DNA of 64,000 nt from Trichosphaerium sp. ATCC 40318. Taxonomy: Eukaryota > Protista > Tubulinea. The stretch lies in assembly GCA_038496445.1 (NCBI GenBank), contig JALMLS010000461.1, forward strand, positions 1-64,000. Direction: 5' to 3'. Shown piece by piece: positions 39,901 through 52,839 of the stretch. The notes under the pieces were generated by a model, which had not been told where the DNA came from, searched no databases, and saw only the letters and a program-made list of their open reading frames with translations. How positions within the stretch are numbered: the first letter of the stretch is position 1; each line of letters opens with the position of its first letter. Made by a program: the position numbers and the translations under genes.

Positions 39901-40107
39901 GGTGATTGCGCTGCAGCTGCAGCTAAAGATCCAGAGTGTTCAGATGAAATCTACACTCAGAACATTAGCAATATAAGTTATCAAGGTAGATTTGCTGTAA
40001 AATGCTACTGTATGACAAAGAAGGCTTGCTGCAACGGATGTAGACCAAGAACACCAGGATCCAATGCTAACCTTTGGAATGTATACACTCTGGACCGTGG
40101 ATCCTAA
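36931..40107 (+). CDS. Reeler domain + Cys-rich domain + TM + internal signal peptide + His-brace LPMO-like domain + PAN-like/Cys-rich tail (predicted polyprotein)
   Basis: Introns at 37343-37454, ~37718-37766, 38039-38110, ~39008-39062 and ~39107-39241 join into one frame. Reeler motifs: YVP..V, YRGILIYA, VGEW, ITHNS, WKAPPKGTGPVTF. LPMO-like motifs: INA|HNW, EWTVGH, YVIQWLWRGYRDCVDV. Confidence 0.85.
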
Positions 40108-40367
40108 TCTATGTTGACACAAGCTAGCACTAAAAGTAAATAAACTACTCATTTTTAACAACACTAAGTGCGATGAAAATATTTCAGTTGAAGCAATTGG
40201 AAGACTGTAGTTGTGAACATAATGTTAGAAGCTCTACATTATGTTCTAACAGCGGTCGAAATTGTAAAGTGACAGTACAAGGAAGCCAGATACTAACTAT
40301 TTAAGTACCATTAATTAAGCCCATGTTTGGCCAATAATTTCAAAGTTTAAACGCATCACTAAGAATC

Positions 40368-42183
40368 ATGCCGTACGATGAAGTGGTTGCTCCAGGAGGT
40401 TTCTGTTTGGTGGTAGTTGTTGTTCCAGCGATCATATGGTTCGGTATTGTTATGCACAACATAGCGTACGAATACAAGTGCAGAGCTACACTTGGAGACT
40501 TTTATTTTTGTTTTGAATTAATCACATGTTTCAATCTTTTTGGTAAAACGCCTTACCTTTGTTCGTGTAATCACTTCAAACTTGTAAGCTCTGTTTTTAT
40601 TGAAATACGACATCATTTTGTTCAGAGAAAAGTAGCCTCGTTTCATTACGTTTTATTAGCCGAGCTTCAAAGTATTGAACTCTTGGTTTAGAAAGCACGA
40701 CCTTAGGTTTCAAGATGCGACTTGTCATCTTTCAAGCGCCGACGTGAGACCATCAGTATGTTGTCAGATAGTAAATTGTTCATGCAGTAACATGTACGAA
40801 AAGACTACTCACAGTGGTCACTCATATCACCATAGACATCATGCACATAGTTGCGAGGGACTTATTACAGTAAGGTGGGTTAAAGTGTTGGTTATTAACA
40901 AAACTAGGATAAGACTAATGGCACGTGCGGTAATGGCTATGGATGTTGTGAAACAACACGTAAATGCCATGGTTTTGCTTGTACGCTTACCAACTTCTTT
41001 GTGCGTACAATAATGTGGGCTAGGTCAAGACAAATGTATAAAAAGCGTGGAAAATCAACAGTGTACTGTCGAATGTAATCCTTGTTGGGTTGTTGAGGCC
41101 AAGGTTGTTTATTCTGTTTGCAAGCGTTCAATACTAAGTTTGAGAATATAGTGGGACTATACATGCAATGATGGCAACAACGATAAATGTTGCTTTGGTA
41201 ACAACAATCGCCATGTGGCAGCAACAGCTTTTGAACAACATTCAGATGCCCTGATTCATCAGACTGAGTATCAAGTACGTTGTCTCTTTTTTTTGTTCAT
41301 TTTTCTCAGCAGCAATAACTGATATCAAGTCAATAGGTTTCCAGCAATCACAGCTGTTTCTATAATCCGAACGATTGTTCAGAAATAGTTTTTTATGGAG
41401 GTATAGTACTGCACTCTACAAACGAGGCACTTTATCTATCTTAGGTGTAACCACTGGCAGCTGGATTGTTTTAATTATACCGGCTGTTATACTTGTTTTG
41501 TCATGCATTGTATATAGTGTAGGCGCCAGTGTTTTTGCCCTCACATCAAAAGTAAAGGCACGTGTTTTATTCATTAATAATTTCATTTGTTTATTTGTTG
41601 CGGATAGCCTTTAGTCACCATTGCTTCATGCACATTTGTGTGGTTGAGCATCATTGTTCCACTTGTCATCTTTGTTCCAATAATCCGTCATGGAAGTAAA
41701 CTTCTCATCCTTCCATCAACCAAAGATGGTTTGACAATCGCTGCATTCTTCTTTGGCGGTCTTGGCGCTACCTTGGTACCAATAATCACGTTCAAAGAGA
41801 TTAACAAATGCCGAGCAACCCGCAATGTTAATATTTCAAAAGAGGCACTGATGGGCGTTGTTGTTGGGTTTTCAATTGTACAATTCTTCTTACCTATCAG
41901 TGTTGCAGCACCTACAGCGTATATCAGAAAATCAAAGGTGTTCATGATCATCACATTCGTGCTTTTAGCAATACCTTTGGTATTTGCTACTATAACACTA
42001 ACCCTATCGCTACTGTTAACACATTGTCAAAGGAATCAGTCCAATACCAGCAACAAGAAAATCAGAAAACGCAAAACCTCAGCTTCTGATATTCCTATTG
42101 AAACATCTACACCTAATAAAGGCAGCGAAATGGAATCTATCTATTATGGAGATAGCCCGTATGATATTTCTGAAACTGGGTGA
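40368..42183 (+). CDS. Multi-pass membrane protein with Cys-rich extracellular loop (apparently intact family member)
   Basis: N-terminal TM; exons DKTNGTCGNGYGCCETTRKCH/GQDKCIKSVENQQCTVECNPCW, WDYTCND..KCCF and HSCFYNPNDCSEIVF; then about 5 TM helices. Confidence 0.75.
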
Positions 42184-42342
42184 AAAGAGGAGCACCTGGC
42201 CTACAGTTGTATTGATCTTGTACCTCAATCTAATGCTTAGTCTAAACATATCATACGGCAATAAAAACGTTAAACAGTATACCGTAAAAAGTGTAATTAG
42301 CAGACTAATACTACTGGGCTGAAAAAACTAAGAATTAAAGAT

Positions 42343-44203
42343 TTATTTCTTTTCAAACAAATAATGAGATACAAGCCATTCTTGGCCGTTATCAAACCCG
42401 AAAGTTTCAGCACAACTAGAACCAATTATTAAAAAGGAATGCGAAGGATTTCAAGAAAAAAAAGAAGTAGCTCGTACCCAATGTAAAACAAACGCCAGTT
42501 AACCCACCATTTTGTTTCATTACCCTTACCATAAGTATTAGTAAGTATAGGCCATATAGCTCTCTTGTTGCTGTCCATTTTCTTAAGCCAAGTATTTAAT
42601 GTCTTCTCATAATGTTGACCTGAGTAAAACATCAAAAAGGGCGTCCTAGCCTTCAAAAAGAAAACCCAAAGAGACTGGTAAAACCACGAAAAAAATAAGA
42701 AAGTTGTTCTCCTCTAAAAAGAAAAGCAAAAACAACTGATATACTATAGTACCATTAACACGCCAGTGTTTGACAATATTTAAGTCTTCTTGGAAGTAAA
42801 TAAGCAAGTCATCGCTTGGCATTGTTCCACCAGTGAAAAAGTTTTCAGCCATCCATCCATCAGTAAAGTGATACACCTAAACTTGTATTAAAAATAAAGC
42901 CAATCAGTGATACTCTTGGGAAGAGTCTTTAACAAGAACAAAAACGAAAACAAACTGGTTATTGTTGAAGCAAGTATTCTTCACGTGAAGGTTTTTTTTG
43001 GTTTTTTTTTTTTTGCGTACGTGTTCTTTGTGGGTGAATATATGGACAAAGAGTGTGCCCTTTGGGTTAAGCCATGAAGCAATATTAGCCATAAGTTTTT
43101 TATAGTTCTTCATATGCTCAAACATCTCAACAGAAACAGCACGATCAAAACTAACAATCAGTAAGAATTTTTTTTGAAATGTTTTTTTTTTCCCTTTTGG
43201 TTCGCGAGGAACTGCTTGGGAACGTACCGCTCATCAGTTGTAAATTCGTTAATATCACAAGTGATTGGATGAACGTTATTCAAACCGAGAGTTTTGCATT
43301 TTTCGGTGATGAATTCACGTTGCGAGTTTGAGTTGGATACACAAGTTACATCGCAGTTAGGGAAATGAGTAGCAATATAAGTGGTCAAACTACCCCATCC
43401 GCAACTACAAGAAACAATTAGATATCAAGAAACAAGAAACAGCACCAAACAACAAAGTTTTACAAAAAAAGCGAAATTTTTTCTTAATTTTGCCGACTAT
43501 GTTCAGAAGCGTCAAATTGCATTAAAAATGCGCGTTAGCGTTTTAGTTATGTCTTGACAGGCTATACAACAATTTTGGGAACGCAATAAGCCATTTAGCC
43601 AAAAGTAGTGATGAACGGAAGAAAAAAAATCCGAGCGTTGTTTGACAATAAGACTATCTGTTTTTTGTATTTCTAGTAGTGATAGTCGCGTACCCAATAT
43701 CTAAGACTTTATCGCCGTCTTGAATGTTAGCGCGTTCGCAAGTTTGCTTCAACATCGCTTCTTCAGCTTGTTTTAGCGTCTTAACGCCTTTTGGCCTATA
43801 GTTTTACGTTAGAACGGAAGATGGAGAAAAAAGCGCAAAAAAAAAGCGTACCAGATGCAAGAACTGTACTTTAAGTATGGTCCTAAAGAGTGTTAGACAA
43901 AATGATTCCGAATCGTTCGGTGCGTTTTCGTTTACCCAAAGTGAGATAAAAAAGCTCAGCTGGTACTTCGTAGTGCTGTTTGTTAGCGTCTTTCGTCATA
44001 ACAGCGATAGGACCGACTTTAACCGAGTCGATAAACTCTTGTCGCTGTTTCATGCGCTTTTCAACACCCACAGCGTTTAAGCCCTTTAATTGAGCACGAA
44101 TGAGCGTTCTTGCGCCTAGCCGAAGGATGAAATCGGGCAGCATATTTTTCTCTACAATGTAGAGAATAACAGGAAACAGGAGCTTGAGTAGGTAGTACAA
44201 CAT
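42343..44203 (-). CDS. SAM-dependent methyltransferase, (S)-coclaurine N-methyltransferase/CMAS (cyclopropane synthase) family
   Basis: [60 protein letters not shown]. Confidence 0.92.
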
Positions 44204-44355
44204 TGTATATTACTGTCTGTCTTCTGATTTTGGCGCTAAGCCGGGAGTAAATTCACCTCCTTAACGTTATCCGCCGCCTTCGTTTTATAAACGCACCTCC
44301 GCCTAAATACGGTCGCCTGTATTTACTCAGCACCTAATAATTGGTTTTATCAAAA

Positions 44356-45899
44356 ATGTTTCTTGCTTGCACTAGAGCTTCCGTTGTATCAAAAGGGACT
44401 AGTTTGCAGTACTACACGCGCTCTCAACGAGTATTTGGCTGCAACAGCATTAGAAATTGTCATGATGCCGCCACCGCGCGTAAAATAACTAAAAACTGGA
44501 GTACGTAGCATTATAACGAAAAGTGCTTCAAAACTAAACTCAATCGTCTTAAACTCGAGCTCACGCGTCACTATAGAACAGGCACAACGCCAAAAGGAGA
44601 GATACCTAGCGAAAGGAAAAAACCATCATTTATGGCCTAGGGAGTTTACAAAGTTCATGCCAAGCATCAAAGACTATAAATTCGCTACGCTAGAATTCAA
44701 TAAGCTCCAAAAGAGAGGAATAGCAAACTGCGAATGCTACAACACAATGCTCAGCGAAACAACGCGTAATTGCTTATTTCATGGTTACGTTAAGCGACGT
44801 AACAAGGACGGCAGTCCTGCGATACAAGATACGCCTGTAGTTGCGTTTATGAAGGAGTTCGAAAAAAACGGCGTCAAACCGGATGTAACAACGTTTAATA
44901 TCCTTGTAGACTTCTACGCACGCTCAGATTCACCTCAGGAGTTCTTAAAGTATTATAAAAGTATCCTATCAGCTAGTATGAAGCCAACAATACTTACTTT
45001 TACGAGTATTATTGATTATTACACGAAAAAATATAATTGGATAAAGGTTGACTTTTGGCTTGATGAAATGTTCAAGTATGGTATTAAAAAGGATGGATAT
45101 GTATACTCTATATTATTTAGAGGTTATGGAGGCTCTGTACATAGTAATAGGTTCAACACGTTGCTCAAGGAACTCAAGAGAGATAAAAATTTTACACCGA
45201 ATAGTCATGTCTTTACGGAGATCTTAAAAGGGTTTATCAAAAGAGGGCAGGATTCTAAAATACCAGGTCTTATCGAGGAGATAAAGAAAGCTGGGTTTTA
45301 TCCAAATATAGCAGTTATAACTGTTTTAGCTAGATAGTACGTGACAACAACGTTCTTTGGTTTTTTTTTCTGATCTCGTTTTTTCCTATTTTTTTCTTTA
45401 AGTATTGTTTGTGTTTGTACATGATTACTTATTTTCTTTTTTAAGCTACTCTCGTAAAGAGTCAGTTAAAGATCTTGATAAACTACTTAAGGATGTTAAA
45501 GAAGCTAAAGACTTTTCTCCTAATAGATGGTTCTTGAATGTAATGATAAGATCTTACAATACACTTGGTGAGGTAGATAAAGAGAAAGAGACAATGGAAT
45601 ACTTGCATAGCCTTGGTTTTGAAGATGTAGATAGGAAAACAAGGATCTCTCTTTCAAATACAGAAATTCTAGATACAGTACCTCCTCTTGGTGATGAGTA
45701 CCATGATTATACATCAAAGTTAAGGCAAAAAAAATATAATAAGATTTATATTGATGATGAAACAACCTCAAGTGCTCCTACTAAAAATATGGAATCACCT
45801 ATTGGAGTACGTGATTTCATTGATCTATTAAATGAAGAAGGTGATGAGATTAAGGATTCTGAAAGCACTCCACGTAAAACCGACTTTTCAGCTCTGTAA
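44356..45899 (+). CDS. Pentatricopeptide-repeat protein, probably mitochondrial
   Basis: 35-aa repeats (GVKPDVTTFNILVDFY, KPTILTFTSIIDYY, KKDGYVYSILFRGY); basic, Ser/Thr-rich N-terminus. Confidence 0.88.
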
Positions 45900-46061
45900 T
45901 AAAGAAAAACTCTTACGGGTTTTTTTTGAATTTGTAATGTTCATTTGTGGTGTATATAATATGATGCTTTTAGCATCTGTAATAAAAAAACTTCTAATAA
46001 CCAATATTATGTTCAATATGCTATTATTCATTTTGAAATTAGTTGACTCGAGTCAACAGTA

Positions 46062-46420
46062 GACTATTAACACCACTAATAGTGCACACCTGCCTTTGTT
46101 TTGATACTCATCTGGTATTGAAGTCCATATTGCTCTTGATGTGTAATTTGCCAATACCTTCAAACCTTTGTCTGGTACCTGTATACGTGATAAATTAATC
46201 TTATGTAGACTTGCCAAAGCCTTAATACCGTCATTTATTACATTGCACTAGTACACGCCTATAATATGTACACCTGCAATTAAATGCAAGTGCCTATCGG
46301 TAATATCAAAAGTGCGCCTGTGACCATACGTATATCTATGTAAATGACACACTTGCCTACGGCTGTTAAACGACAGCTTTGTATTTTGTAGTAATGGACA
46401 ACCAGAAAACATTTTCACTT
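46062..46420 (-). pseudogene. Degenerate Cys-type LRR fragments
   Basis: DITDRHLHLIA, NDGIKALASLHKINL and VPDKGLKVLA occur in broken frames. Confidence 0.35.
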
Positions 46421-46825
46421 CCAAGTAGAATAGAAGTTTTATTATCCAATGTGGCTACGGACAATGTCGTGGAGTAAGTGGCATGCTTGAGCTGTGCGGA
46501 GCGCAAATGTCCGTTGTTTCAGAATATGAACTATCATTTCAATGGGAGCAATGAGCAAACCCTAGAATTAGAGAATAAGGAGCGAGTGCTGACTTATCGG
46601 GGATGCCACAGCCCATTGAAACCATTAATTTTTAGCATGCTACTTAACAGCTCTTCACAAACTGTTGTAGGTTATTGTATTAAAATAGTGATTTCATATG
46701 TTAACATAATGTCTTTGCACAATATATAACAAAGTACTGTGTCACATATGCAACTTTATTGGCAGTAATTGTGATACCTATCAAGATTGGATGTTGTAGG
46801 AGATAGTATTAACTGTTGTACACGC

Positions 46826-49056
46826 TCACAATATCTTTCTTGGTTCAGCTTTGTAAGATGCTGTATAAAGTTCATCATCATTCATTGTAAACTCCCATCC
46901 ACTTATGAGAGCTCTTAGCCAAGGTACTGATTTAAAATTATAGCATGGTATCAACGTTTTGTTGAAGTTGCTACCTATCTTAAGAAGTTTTGTACAGATT
47001 GACATACTGAAGTGTGGTGGCGGTATAGTTCCTGGAACACTCTTCATAAATACTATATCAGTTAAGTACAATCCAAGAAAAGCCACTTGAGGTTGGTTGT
47101 TTTCATAACGCTTTCTACAAGAGAGAAATAAGTGATACTGCCTTAACAAGAACAAATTGAAGAAGAAAAAACCCAAATGTTGAAAAAAAATTGATATTGA
47201 GGTATTAGTGTACTCTACCAGCGTATTTTTTAAACGTACAAGCAAAACTCACGAAGATGAGCATGGTTATGTAGCCTGGTAAGTAAATTCGAAAAACTAT
47301 CTAACAATTGCATCGTTGATTTCGAAACCTGCAGTCATTATGGAAAATTATTAATGATTGCTTAATATTATAAGGTGAAAGCATAATGCAATAAGAATGA
47401 TAAAACAAAGTTTCCTAACCTCGCTCCATGTGACTTTGAGCCTATGTAGTGAACCATGATTTAGACCGCTTGTAATTGCCATAGCGTCATTTGTGTTGCC
47501 GAGATCAACTAGACAACCACACAACTTGATAATATATGTTATTCGCTTTGCGCGGATCTTGGCAGTCTCTCCATCCAGAATTTGTTTTACGATATATCCA
47601 TTAACCTTGTTAAAACAAAATGAGTTTCTAGGCGATCTAAACGCTGTAGGTAAATTAAATGACCTTACCAAGTTAAAGTTGTCAATTGCGGTATTGACAG
47701 AAGCAGGGCGAGCTGGTCCAAAGAGTTGGTCAATAATCTCGCATTTCCTCATTCTACAAAAGAAAAATTACAAAAACTCAGTCAGAAAACTCATACAATT
47801 CGTGTGTTTTGAGAGTCATCTCCATTGCAAGTATCTTCTCAGGTATGTTCCATATTTTATCTGTTTGGTTGATAGATATCTTTGGCTTCAAAATATTTGC
47901 TTCCAAGACGTTGGGGTAACGGGATCCTTGGAAACAATATTGTGCTAAAGTCTTCTTCAAAAAAAAGTCAGCGAAAATGTACCTGAAGATCGAACACTTA
48001 CGTTGCTTTCAAGCATTACTTTTATCCTATTAGAGAATGCTTCTATTAAGATTTTATGGTGTTCTGGAGATAACACTTCAAGGCAAGCTTCAAACTCTGG
48101 AGCAAAAGTATTTGATCCGCTTGCAGCAATTGTATCACAAAGTGGCACGTGAGATAAAACATATCCCAAAAACTGAACTATCCTAGTTTGAATTTCTTAG
48201 CTTTGATCATATTGACAGTTATTCAGGGAGTAATGTACCTATTAGCATCGGTGCTGGTTGGATTCACTTTGTAGACAGCCATGAGCTTAGTAATAAGTTG
48301 AGAAGCGAAATTATTTTGATAAAAGAGACCACCAGCAATAATAGCAATAAACTCGCCTAAAGAACAATAGGCATTAATGTTTCATACAACCTAAGGATGA
48401 TGCAAATATCTAGCTTAGACGTACTTGAAGTGTCGTAGTTAATAGTTTTAATGCACAAGTTCTCAGCACATTCAGATCTTACAAACTTTGTGTTGTGACA
48501 AACTAATTTTACAAATCCGTCTATTGTGCACTTGTCTATGATTTCTATATTGAAAGGGTAGTTATCCCTATTTTCTGCATTCCGATATACTAGTTCTTTA
48601 CATAATCTAATATCCCTGTATATCATCTAAAGCAACTAAGATAAAAGAAGAAAAAAAGTACAAACTTTTTCAAAAAATGGAAATCGAAGTTTGAGCAAAA
48701 CACTAAACAATTTTTTAAACACGTGAACAGAGATAAAACTTTGCGGATTCCCTTTCTCAAAACCAAAAAAATGAATTGGTCGACACATGATGTTGAAATG
48801 TTTCGATGAAAACGGCTCTGAGGCATGTTGTTCCTCGAGCATGTAAACTGTTGCTTTTTTTGAAGTAATTGATAACAAAACGTTAACGTACAGCATCAAT
48901 TTGAGGATATTCCCGTAACAAGTCTGCGGTAGGGTTAACGAGTAGGCGTCCGAACGTTGCCCATGTACCACGGAACAATGTAAACATATTACAAGCTAGT
49001 GAACGTTGTTTAAAATTTTTTCTGATTTAACATGCGCTAATACGTACCATCTTCAT
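46826..49056 (-). CDS. Ras guanine-nucleotide exchange factor (REM + CDC25 domain); start uncertain
   Basis: IPEKILAMEMTL, RAKRITYIIKL..LGNTNDAMAITSGLNHGSLHRLKVTW, VAFLGLYLTDIVFM, DDELYTASYKAEPR. Confidence 0.88.
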
Positions 49057-49603
49057 ATTTGATACCGTTTTTCGCTAACAGAGGCTTTTTCCATGTGGCT
49101 GGTAACGCAACGACGGCGCACCACGATTTCGATACCTAAACTACGTTATTTACGTATACGACGCGTGATACTAACCCTAGAGCAGTTGTTGCATAGATGC
49201 TGGGGAGAAACGTTAACAAATATGTATTGAAGTATCTCGTTAGGTAGAGCAGCTATTGGAGTGGTCATTATGAGATGGAACGTGTTTTGATGATCCTTTC
49301 CAAAATAGCAATTCACCTAACAAAACTGTGCAGTTACGCCACTGTGCTACACAACGAACTTACGCATGTTTGTATCTCTACTGTGCTAGCTCGCACTTAC
49401 AGTGAACAAATATGTTCAACAAAAAAGCGTTACATTTTATTTATCGATTCTGGACGCATTGTTATGCTTGATCTATTGCGAGGTGGCAATAAGAACTTTA
49501 TTGGTATTCGCCTTCGGTTTTTTCATATGGTGGAGATGGCAAAAGCTCTATTCATATAAAATTGTAATGTACCTAATCTACATAACTGTTCTGTGCTGGT
49601 ACG

Positions 49604-51110
49604 CTATACAATTCTTTCGAATACATTCGTTATTTGTGAATCACCCATTAGTATGTGGATTGCATCTAACACAACAGCCTAGATAAATGTAAGTACAAGT
49701 GAAAAAAAAACCCTTTTCATTTTAGAAAAAAATATAATTACAGATTTTACTGGTTCATCAATCTCATCCTTTGGAATGAGGTGAGGGCTTGTATTTACTT
49801 CAAGAAGCCATGGTTTAAAACCCTCATCCACCAATATATCTAATACACGTGAGTACTATAAAAAAACTGAGATAAATCACAAACAGTACCTATGCCAAGA
49901 AGATCAAACTTTCCTTCGTCTTTTTCTGAGTATTCAACACGTGGCTCAATAAGTTTCTTAATAATATCTTTGATCCTAGTCATCATTAGCTCATGTTTGT
50001 ATTTCTTCAAGAATTTACCTTTGCCATAGTATTTCTTTATTAGATTTTGGGTACTTCTCTTCTAGGTATGGCCAGAGCTGACTTATTTTGCGAACTTTTT
50101 GCTTTAGTCGAGATAATTTATTTGATATTGCCGTATTTGTAACATGTATGCGTTTATCTTTTGTATTGTCAAGCGTGTACCTGAACCAAGTATCTGTTAA
50201 ACATAGAACAAAACAAACGAAAGGTTATCTGAACGTACAAGCACTCAGAAGCCCGAACTAGTCCTTCCTTTGCAATGTAAATCTCCAAGGGCTTTAAAGA
50301 GTTCACAAGTACGTAGCTGGACAAATATACAGTGTTAACAGTTGTGTGATACTAATATAAGATGACTCACATGCGTAAGTCAAACTTGTATCCATCAAGA
50401 AGAAGTGGTCTCTTTAGATACTCTTGAATCACAAAGTGACGTTTTTCTCTTCTACACTTTTGAGCCAAATATTCCAAGTTGTTGTTTATCATAATACCCC
50501 AACCACACGTGCCTAGAATACTCTCATTTTATAACGGTTAAAGGAAAGGTAAGGTCGAATAAACTAAAATATTCTGGTGATAGTACACTCAACCAAAAAA
50601 TACGTGCAAATGTTTTTTGAGCATGTGATATTTTTCAAACTTCTCAGTTGTTTTTACCTGTTGTAGGCTTGGCGATGTAGTATCCATCGCTAAACTCTGC
50701 TATTTTTGACTTTTCTCGGGGATAAACAAAGCCTTTAGGGAAAAAGTCGTATTCACGTGGGTTTTCGCTGTGTAACTTCATAAGGTATTCATTCAGGTTA
50801 TCCTAAGGCGAAGATTATGCCAATACTAATATAATGCTCGTAGAGTTGTACTTTTAACGCTAGACCACGTATTGACGCGCAACGCTTTACTCTTTGCCCA
50901 TTCCGCAAGTTTTGAGGTACATCACCGTATTCAACCCACAGCAAATCAGCCTGTACGATATTTTAGCTCAAAGTGAGAACAACGGCGTACTTCAGCTTGA
51001 TTTTCATCCGTTAATCGCTTCCAAAGACCTGTTTTGATGAGGAGCTGTGATACGAACGCTGTGCTTTTTTCTGGGCTTCGTATTACAAATGATCTTCCTT
51101 GTGCCGACAT
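49604..51110 (-). CDS. Tubulin-tyrosine-ligase-like (TTLL) protein
   Basis: YIAKP, VIQEYLKRPLLLDGYKFDLR, KEGLVR, IHVTN, FDLLG-DILVDEGFKPWLLEVNTSP. Confidence 0.9.
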
Positions 51111-51419
51111 TTGCGTACTAATGTTGACAAATTAAAGAACAAACACGTGATGCAAGTGTTATTTATTCCTACGAGATATTTCAGCTATGCCCATCTGTTT
51201 AGTAACCACTCAAGGTTACAATGAAAAGACAAGGTATCTACACTTTCGGACTTTCACCGATTCTTTATTGGTCTTCTCAAAGCATATCATGACCACTGCA
51301 ACCACTTAGATAAATATTGTAAATAGAGTAATAATATAGGGTGGGGCTACATTAATTGTTGCTTGTATGTGCAGAAAGCTATGTGTTTATTCTTAAAATA
51401 CAAACTATTTACAAAGTTT

Positions 51420-52287
51420 TTAAGAATCAGATTCAGAATCAGAATCAGAGTCATCGTCTTTCTTTTTGCCCTTAGGAGCTTCAGCGTTCTCAACAACTTG
51501 TTGATATCCTGCTTGTAGTTGTGGATCATCGAATTTTTGAAGAGAGGCACCAGTGAGGCTTGTTTTGTTCTTTCCAGCGAGTTTAGTGTACTTCCTTAAC
51601 ATCTTGGCAAAAGGTACAATATTCTTGCGTCCAACAGAGAAGCATAATATGACTTTACTTACTCCTTTATCGCGAGGTACCAAACGGACCTTTACAACAC
51701 AATGTTAGATGGCATACTAAGAGTGTTTTTACCAATAATTACTTACCATGTCTCTTTGGGTTGGACCTGTTGCCTTCTTTTGACCCATGACATACTTTTG
51801 ATCTCCGTTGAGGATGAGGGTGATACAGTGACTTGGAAAACCAATTGGTCCTACACCAAATAAACAAACGTCTTTCTCAAGAAATACGAAGAACAAAAAA
51901 AAGAATGTTTGTTCTACACTCACCTCTTTGACCACTGTAGATGATTAAGTAGACTGTTTCTGGACGTCCGCCAGGTTTATTCTCAATAAGGAGATTCATG
52001 TAACTTGTTTTGTAAGCCGCTTGAACAAGAGACATGCCTATTTTGTATCTGAACTGATGAAATGGCCAATATCCGATGGCTTGATATTCTGTCTTTCCTT
52101 TGATAGCTTTCGTTAATCTTTCAATTGTTGGTACAACTTCATGGATATTGTTTTGATTGTAGAAAAGATCTTTGCCAATCTATTGTATCATTGGTAAACA
52201 AACACGAATATGAAGAAAAAAAAAAGAGCAACGAAATAAAACTGTTTTGCCAAGCACATGTTGAAATCTATTACGTACTTGAGTCAT
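51420..52287 (-). CDS. Uncharacterised ~220-aa protein, paralog B
   Basis: Same three intron positions as 15105-15911, with conserved exons and unalignable introns. Confidence 0.85.
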
Positions 52288-52839
52288 TGTTCTTTATTGT
52301 TTGGAGGAGTTTGTTTTTGTTCTGTTGATGTGTTTGTGTTTGTGTGTAAGAGATGTAGTTAAGTTGACGCAAAAAATATTCACGTGAAGTTCACCAGAAA
52401 AAAGGAAAAAAAAGATCACATCATCCTCATGAAAAGAAAGCAAAATGATTCCCGGTAAATTGATATTCCTCTGTGCTCTTTAAATGAATATTAAACTGGT
52501 TTGGAGAAATCGTGTTTTATCGTGTAATTTATCACGTACACATTATCACAAAAGTCACGTGATGGCTTATATGGCGTAATTAAAGCCCGATCGAGTCCTT
52601 GAGTGGTTCCGTAGGTTCTATGTAGGTTTTTGAATGTGAAAGTTCGTGTGATCACTTTTTTGAGGAGAAGGCAAACATTCAAAAAAACACCAAGACTAAC
52701 ATTGACTCATTTACCTTGCGCTTAACAAACATAAACAAAACACAACAACAACAACAGCAACAACAACCTCTTAACAAGTGCGAATAGAGAATACACTTTA
52801 CATTACCACATTCAAAAACTAACTTGCAGCGGATAGAAA

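Noticed and set aside
38274-40107. LPMO-like part as an independent downstream gene
   Set aside because: There is no stop codon, poly(A) signal or promoter space between the Reeler exons and Met 38274, and the frame is continuous with or without the 72-nt intron. An internal TSS cannot be excluded without RNA data.
49093-49686. Small plus-strand gene between RasGEF and TTLL
   Set aside because: I could not build a consistent spliced model, and part of it overlaps the last TTLL exon in antisense.
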